64,000 nt of DNA from Octopus vulgaris. Taxonomy: Eukaryota. The notes under the pieces are model-generated. The model was not told the DNA's origin, did not search any database, and saw only the letters and a list, made by a program, of their open reading frames with translations. The position numbers and the translations under genes were made by a program. Shown here piece by piece: positions 56,344 through 64,000 of this stretch. Within the stretch, counting starts at the first letter, position 1. Each line of letters opens with the position of its first letter. The stretch is taken from assembly GCA_951406725.2 (NCBI GenBank), contig OX597839.1, positions 37,944,001 through 38,008,000 of the forward strand. Reading direction: 5' to 3'.

Positions 56344-57119
56344 TAGCAACAAACAAGATGACAAATATCTGTCAAATATAAATAATGTAAATAACGTAAA
56401 TAATGACACGTTTCTCGTCTTCTCTTTCCGATACTCTATCATCACCAAAGCATGCAATATCCTATGATTAAGCAGGTTTTTCCTCCTCTTTATTTCCGAT
56501 CACTATATCCGGCTTTCGATGTCCAATCTCATGGTCACATCGGATCATTACATTCCACAAAATCCTTGCCTCGTCAGTGTCTTTACTCCTTCCTGGGGAC
56601 TGAAAACACTACGCCATTGATTTTGTCTGAAGTGGGGGCCATGAGAGAGAAGGCTATCATGCCACGTGAAAAAGATTGATGTCATGAAAGAGGGGGAGTG
56701 TGTTACTGTAGGTGGGGTGGGTGCCGAAGAAGAGGTTTGCCGGAGGAGAGGGCGATTGCAGATGAAGATGGTGTGAACCTTTCGAAAAAGAGGTGTCGTA
56801 GAGACGGAGTGTTGTTGTAGAGGTACGTCCAGCAGAAAGGAGGTGCCACAGGAAACGGAGAGTCACGGAAAGGGTTTGGCAAAGAAGGAGGAGCTGCCAT
56901 GGGAGACGGTGTGACGTGGGAGAGGTGGTGTGATGATATTGCAAACGACACGGTAGAGGGCGTGCGGTGTAGGTTTCACTTTAATCATACCGCGTTCTGC
57001 GTTTGGCGTGTCGTTGTGTTTCCGGTTGTTTGTTCACGTGACCGCGCAGAATGGCCGGCTGGAGCAAATACTGTGCTGTAGGAAATCAATTATCGAAATA
57101 ATAACCCAATAAGATTCGA

Positions 57120-57169
<50 letters not shown>

Positions 57170-57200
57170 GTATATGTATATATATATATATATACACATG

Positions 57201-57234
<34 letters not shown>

Positions 57235-57281
57235 TGTATATATATATACACATGTATATATATGTATATATATATATATAT

Positions 57282-57321
<40 letters not shown>

Positions 57322-58180
57322 ATATATAGACATATATACACATATACATGTACACAAACTTGCATGCGCATAAGTGCATATATAAACATATACACGTACA
57401 TACATTTATATATTCATGTATATATGTGTGTATATGTATACAACTCACCACACACACACACATATATATATATGTATATATATATATATGAGTGTGTATG
57501 TGTGTGTGTAAATATATGTGCGTACGTGCGCTGTGTATGTAGTTTGTGTGTCAGTGTGAGAGAACGTGTGACTGTATCTGTAAATGTGTGTGGGGAGAGA
57601 GAGAGAGAAAGACAGAGAAAGAGAGAGAGAGAAAGAGAGAGAGAGAAAGAAAGAGAAAGGGAGAAAGAAAGAGAAAGAGAGAGAAAGAAAGAAGGGAGAT
57701 CAACTGGAGCCAGATGTGTTGGCAACTAGCAAACATGTCAGAGAGAGAGAGAGAGTGAGTGAGAGAGAGAGAGAGAAAGGGAGAAGGAGAGAGAAAGAAA
57801 GGGAGAGAGAAGGAGATAGAGAGAAAGGGGGGAGGGAGAGCGAAGGAGAGAGAGAAAGGGAGAGGGAAAGAGAAGGAGAGAGAGAGAGAGAGAGAGAGAG
57901 GTATAGAAATAGATAATAGACTACAAACTTTTACATATTACTTACAAGACTCGCCGCTGCTGCTGCTGCTACTGCTACTACAAAAACAACGGCAACAGGA
58001 ACAACATCAACACCACTAACAACAACAACAACAGGAACAACAACAACATCTAATACCACTACCATGTTATAAATGCACACACACACACACACACACACAT
58101 ACCTGTATATAGAGAGATACGAATATAGACATAGACATCCACAAGCATGCTCGCACACATACATACATATATATACATAT

Positions 58181-58346
58181 AGGCGCAGGAGTGGCTGTGT
58201 GGTAAGTAGCTTGCTAACCAACCACATGGTTCCGGGTTCAGTCCCACTGCGTGGCATCTTGGGCAAGTGTCTTCTGCTATAGCCCCGGGCCGACCAATGC
58301 CTTGTGAGTGGATTTGGTAGACGGAAACTGAAAGAAGCCTGTCGTA

Positions 58347-58400
<54 letters not shown>

Positions 58401-58610
58401 TGTGTGTTTGTGTGTTTGTGTGTCTGTGTTTGTCCCCCTAGCATTGCTTGACAACCGATGCTGGTGTGTTTACGTCCCCGTCACTTAGCGGTTCGGCAAA
58501 AAGAGACCGATGGAATAAGTACTGGGCTTACAAAGAATAAGTCCCAGGGTCGATTTGCTCGACTAAAGGCGGTGCTCCAGCATGGCCGCAGTAAAAGAAA
58601 AAGAAAAGAA
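58181..58610 (+). mobile_element. SINE family 2, full length
   Basis: Near-identical to the 37233 copy. Confidence 0.93.
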
Positions 58611-58626
58611 TATACATGTATACATA

Positions 58627-59285
58627 CAGGGATTGGACAAAATAATGGAAACACTTTAAAATTTCAAACAAATTTATTTTAATATGGGACAGGACCACCT
58701 TTGGCAGTAATTACAGCTTGAATTCTATGAGGTATGGACTTGTACAAAGTTTGAATTGTTTCCAAAGGAATTTTTGTCCATTCTTCAGCTAAAGCAGTCT
58801 CCAGTTCTTGTAGTGATGATGGTCGAGGCTATCGACTCCTTACTTGTTTTGCTAAAATGCACCATAATATTGGGATCTGTGGATTGTGATGGCCAGATAA
58901 GATGTTCAACTTCACTAGAATGTTCTTCGTGCCATTCAGTAACAACTTTAGCTGTGTGAATTAGTGCATTATCATCCTGAAAGATTGCACTTCCCCCCGG
59001 AAACAGTTCCGCAACCACAGGATGAATTTAATCAGATAAAATGCTTAAATGGTCTTCACTATTAATTCGGCCATGAAGGGAAACCATTAGGCCGGCGGGT
59101 TTCCAAGATATCCCCCCCCCCCATATCATCACAGACTCTTCTCCATGTTTAACGGTTGGAAGAAGGTAGTCTGGGTCAAATGCTTCTTTTTGCTGTCTCC
59201 ACGCGTATACTCAGCCGGTAGTCGGAAATAAGGTAAAGGATGCCTCGTCCGAGAAAATAACATTCTTCCACTGCTCTAGGGACCA
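58627..59285 (-). pseudogene. Tc1-like transposon 3' half (transposase remnant plus TIR)
   Basis: WKNVIFSDEASF..PTVKHGEESVMIWG..IFQDDNALIH..WPSQSTDPNI; terminus TA|CAGGGATTGGACAAAATAATGGAAACAC. Confidence 0.9.
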
Positions 59286-59339
59286 TATATATATGCGCGG
59301 GGATGGCTATTATAATGACGTTCGTTTCTCAAACACCGG

Positions 59340-59463
59340 GTAGTCGATTTTGCCTTTCATCCACTCAGGGTCGATAAAATAAGTACCACTTGAGGACAGG
59401 GATTAATCTAATCGACTTATCGTGTCCCCCAAATCTGCTGATCTTGTGCCAAAAATTGAAACC

Positions 59464-59465
<2 letters not shown>
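59340..59465 (+). mobile_element. SINE family 1 core fragment
   Basis: gtcgattttgcctttcatcc..ggtcgataaaataagtacca. Confidence 0.7.
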
Positions 59466-59520
<55 letters not shown>

Positions 59521-60139
59521 AATGGTAAAGAAAGATTAAACCTCACAACTCCATGTAAACTGGCAAATTTCGGAAAAAGCAATGGCGGATGTATTTCTGA
59601 TATTTGCGCATCACTATATCTCAGTCAAGAACCTTCTGGTTGTATATATTCAACAGATGAGTCAGATCTAACGTCACGCTTTTCTGCTTGGTAGTGTGAA
59701 CTTATTTTTGCGTTGGCATTTTGAGATAGTCTCCGTTCTTATATATTTATCATAGCATATCATTAAGTTAAGATGTGATATTTCTTGATCGTTTAGAGTT
59801 AATATTGCTTCACTCCATTTATAAAAGTCGTGGGCTGTTCGACTACGCTCTATACGATCTTCGAAATGCAGTTGTTTTTGTCTCTCTGAAGTCGTTCACA
59901 ATTTGTTTTTGTCTCTCTGAAATCGTTCAGTATCCATGTTTCAATAAAACTAACTTTTCTCCTCGTTCTTGATGGTGAGTATGTATATGGCTGACGAAAG
60001 CGCTCTTGAATTTGCTCTCATCTTGCATGATGGTACTTGGAATTTGTTTACAAAAAGCACCGACTATATCTTTCGTAGCATTCTATATGTATTCGGGGCT
60101 TATATTGCATAGATCTATCAGTCTATCTGTCTGTCTGTC

Positions 60140-60212
<73 letters not shown>

Positions 60213-60229
60213 GTATGTATGTATGTATG

Positions 60230-60292
<63 letters not shown>

Positions 60293-60301
60293 GTATGTAT
60301 G

Positions 60302-60461
<160 letters not shown>

Positions 60462-60846
60462 CCTCTGCTTGTCTGTCTTTCTGCCTGTCTTACGCATGCG
60501 CACGTGTGTGTGTATATGTGTGTGTGTGTGTTTGTACGTGCGTGCGTCATTTCTTTTCACACATGTAACTTTGTCGATGCATATATTTAATTACAGAACT
60601 TAGATGGAGAATCTTCGGAATGTTTTAGAAATGTTTATTGTGTTGTTAATGAAATGGGTTCGGAGGTTGTGCATCAGTTTCATTGCTCTTTAAAATTCTA
60701 TCATTTCTCGGTTTTTGTGCTTAAATACATTCGCACGCGCACACACATGTACGTATTATGCATGTATGTATGTATGTATGTATGTATGTATGTATGTATG
60801 TATGTATGTATGTATGTATGCATATATATATATATATATATATATA

Positions 60847-61009
60847 GTTAATCCAAGCATGAAAACACAAAGAGAAAACACAACAACGCGAGGACGTGGA
60901 ACAAATATAGTATTATTGGACGCTCAGGAAGGAAGGGAAGAAGGAGGGTTTAACGTTTCGAGCGGAGCTCTTCGTCGGAAACATAGGAGAAGGAAAGATC
61001 CAGAGAAGG
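60847..61009 (-). mobile_element. Hammerhead-bearing repeat family A (motif 60948-60982)
   Basis: Motif identical to 5149-5183; follows (TA)n. Confidence 0.8.
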
Positions 61010-61068
61010 TTGCTATCTAAATGTGACGGACACGTAGGGGACGACGCTAAAACATGGGAAACCAACTC

Positions 61069-61239
61069 TTTTTCGAACAACGAAAGAAACAAATAGAGAA
61101 ACGGGACAGGCAACATAAGGAACAACCCCTTCATCAGTTCGAAACACGGAGTAGATAAGACAGGGGACAACTGATGAAGGGGTTGTTCCTTATGTTGCCC
61201 GTCTCGTTTCTCTATTTGTTTCTTTCGTTGTTCGAAAAA
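61069..61239. repeat. Inverted repeat with ~70-bp arms and a 29-bp spacer (family E; related piece at 12417-12610)
   Basis: 61069-61139 versus 61169-61239; spacer begins CGAAACACGGAGTA. Confidence 0.9.
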
Positions 61240-61348
61240 AAAGTTCGTTTCCTATGCTTTTGTTTTTTCATGTTCTCGACGTTTTCTGACATCCTGTACC
61301 CATATATACATATCTATGTGTAGGTATGTACATATATGTATGTATATA

Positions 61349-61391
<43 letters not shown>

Positions 61392-61418
61392 GTGTGTGTG
61401 TATATATGTATATATATG

Positions 61419-61459
<41 letters not shown>

Positions 61460-61492
61460 TCTATTTAAAGCAGCAGAAAATTCAACAAAATC

Positions 61493-61528
61493 TGTTACTC
61501 TGAGTTTCTCGTTGCCGTCCATCAGACA
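61493..61528 (-). ncRNA. Degenerate minimal hammerhead motif (family F)
   Basis: Minus strand TGT-CTGATGG-ACG-GCAA-CGA-GAA-ACTC-A-GAGT-A-ACA; element sits between (TA)n tracts. Confidence 0.55.
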
Positions 61529-61583
61529 CATTTATGTATTTACTCCGGTATATATATATAAATTAGTTTTATTAGATACATAA

Positions 61584-61624
<41 letters not shown>

Positions 61625-61667
61625 AATAATTTTATGATCGAAAGCTACGCAACCATTTCCAAGTAAG

Positions 61668-61713
<46 letters not shown>

Positions 61714-62367
61714 GTGTGTATGTGTGTGTGTGTTCACTTATATGTACACACACGCTCGCGTACAAACGCACACGCACACAGACATATATATACCTATGCA
61801 TCGTATCTGTGTCGGCACGTCTGCTTCCCTCTCTTCTCCTCGTTCAGTGACAACAACTTTTTACCGCCTTAAACTGCTGACCTGCCGACATTTTGAGTGG
61901 TGACTGCTTTTGGCTTTATTCAGGTCAGCTTCCCCAGTAATGGTCAACAACATTGGCTCGCTCAACAACCAAACACGAGTGCTACCGGAACGTGCTTAAC
62001 TTGTAGTATATAACTAAAACCCACTGACACTTGTAAAGCCAACACCACCACTACCACCACCACCACTACAGCCACCACTAGTACAACCAGCACCAGCACC
62101 AGCACCAACACCACCACCACCACCACCACCACAACAACAATCTCTGCTACGACCATCACAAAAGGCATCGCCACTACCACCGCCACCATCTCAACCAACA
62201 CCAGCACAGGCAACACCACAACCACTGCTACTACAACCACTGCTACTACAACCACTACAAACAAAATTTTCCCACCACTACTACTATCACCACCACCACC
62301 ACCACTGCTCTTACTACTTGTCCTACTACAACTTCTACTACTGCTGGTTGTCGTGGTTGTACTGCCG

Positions 62368-62410
<43 letters not shown>

Positions 62411-63525
62411 CACTACTACTACTACTGCTGCTGCTGTTACTACTATAGTTACTACATATCTGAGCAGCAACCAGGGCGTCATCATCGTCATCATCGTCGT
62501 AGTCGTCATCGTAGCCATCATCATCAACAGCATCAGCAGCATCAACGTCGTCGTTGTCCCCCTCCCCCTCAACATCATCAACGACCACAGCTTCAACATC
62601 AACACCACAACTACACCAGCCCAAACAGCATCTCATGTCCGTCTGGTCTAAATATAGCAGCATTGCAAACCAACCCACAATTGTCCATATCCTTGTCTTC
62701 TTGACCATAAGTATGGGTAGTTGGGTGGGTGGTGGGGGTGTGTGGAAAGCGGATGGAGGGCTGGGTGAGGAAGGGCTAGGTGGACGGGAGGGGGTGTGTC
62801 TAATTTTCTTGTTGTTGATGGTGGTGGTGGTGGTGGTGGTGTGTCTAGTGGTCAAATATGTGGGGTATAGGAATAATAGCGTAGCTTACATGGACGTAGC
62901 TTACATAGAGGTCTAGTCACAGTTGTTGGTAAGGATGGAGCAGAGTGCATTATGGGTAGGAAGTGGAGTGTAGGCTGAGTGAAGCTGAGGGAGAGATGGA
63001 GTGGGGCTCAGTCATCGATCTCATCAAATCGATAAACTGCGGAGTGTGACTTTGGACCTTGCTTGTATCGCTCTTCCACTAATCGCTTTATCCGTGTAGT
63101 CACAGGCACAGACGCACCCTCGGCCGGCCTTTCCCACCCTTCGACCTTTGATCCCAGCAGCAGCACATCGACAGAGACAGACTGTTACCCCCACCATTGT
63201 ATTGAAACAGGAGACAATTCGGCACGACTGTTTTGGTACAGCCATTTTGACACACCTATTTTGGCGTCGCTGATTCGACGCTGACTTACTTGACATCAAG
63301 CATTTTAATGTTTCTCACGCCCTCTTCCTCCCCACCTCTATGTTTATGTGTATGGTCATGTGGTTTTCTCGTATGTATAATGTGTGTGTGTGTGTGTGGC
63401 TCTCTGTATCAGGCATATCCCTCTTTGTATGTATGAGGAGAGGAAATGTCAATTTTATATGAATATATATCAATTGTGTTCAATTGATATATTATAATGC
63501 CTCTCTCTCTTTCTCTCTATCTCCC

Positions 63526-63702
<177 letters not shown>

Positions 63703-63733
63703 CCATCTATCTATCTGTCTATCTATCTATCTA

Positions 63734-64000
63734 AGCCACGAGCACATCGAGCTGGTCGGCGAGACACTGAAAAACTACGAAGCGGTGACAGGAGCGAAAA
63801 TCAACCGGGAAAAGTCAGTGGGCTTGCGACTAGGCACCTGGAGAAGCAAGCCCATGCCGTCCACCAGCGCCTCCGTCGTGGGACGCTGGACCGACGGCCC
63901 GGTTGAGTTGCTCGGGGTCTGGTTTGGTCCGGACCTCCAAGTGGAGAAGAACTGGAACGAGATAACGAGTAGGGTGGTCACTCTCGCCCGGCAATGGGCC
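63734..64000 (+). mobile_element. 5'-truncated Tx1/L1-clade LINE ORF2 fragment (open frame runs off the window)
   Basis: 89 codons without a stop: ..[37 protein letters not shown]..; abrupt GC shift directly after (CTAT)n. Confidence 0.85.

Noticed and set aside
61962-62855. 297-aa minus-strand ORF
   Set aside because: Non-ATG start and low-complexity trinucleotide arrays; no recognisable domain.

Overview
Repeat-saturated, AT-rich eukaryotic DNA with no recognisable intact host protein-coding gene. Nearly all ORFs in the supplied track are translations of (TA)n, (CA)n, (TATC)n, (TATG)n or trinucleotide microsatellites. The microsatellite density and SINE types suggest a coleoid cephalopod (Octopus) intron or intergenic region; this is an inference. 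The window holds four tRNA-derived SINE families (many copies, several with 11-17 bp target-site duplications). It also holds decayed RTE, CR1-type and Tx1/L1 LINE fragments, mariner and Tc1 transposase remnants, a Helitron Pif1-helicase remnant, two non-autonomous Helitrons, MITEs and a Penelope-type GIY-YIG remnant. The main signal is about 14 minimal type I hammerhead-ribozyme motifs (stem I - CUGANGA - stem II - GAA - A..palindrome..U - H - stem I) belonging to about seven dissimilar short repeat families. They lie in or next to microsatellites, some within inverted-repeat (fold-back) structures. This matches the known architecture of Penelope-like element termini. It includes a recurrent U4C core variant and a candidate compensatory C3U/G8A variant. 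All alignments were made by eye, and element boundaries are approximate to a few bp.
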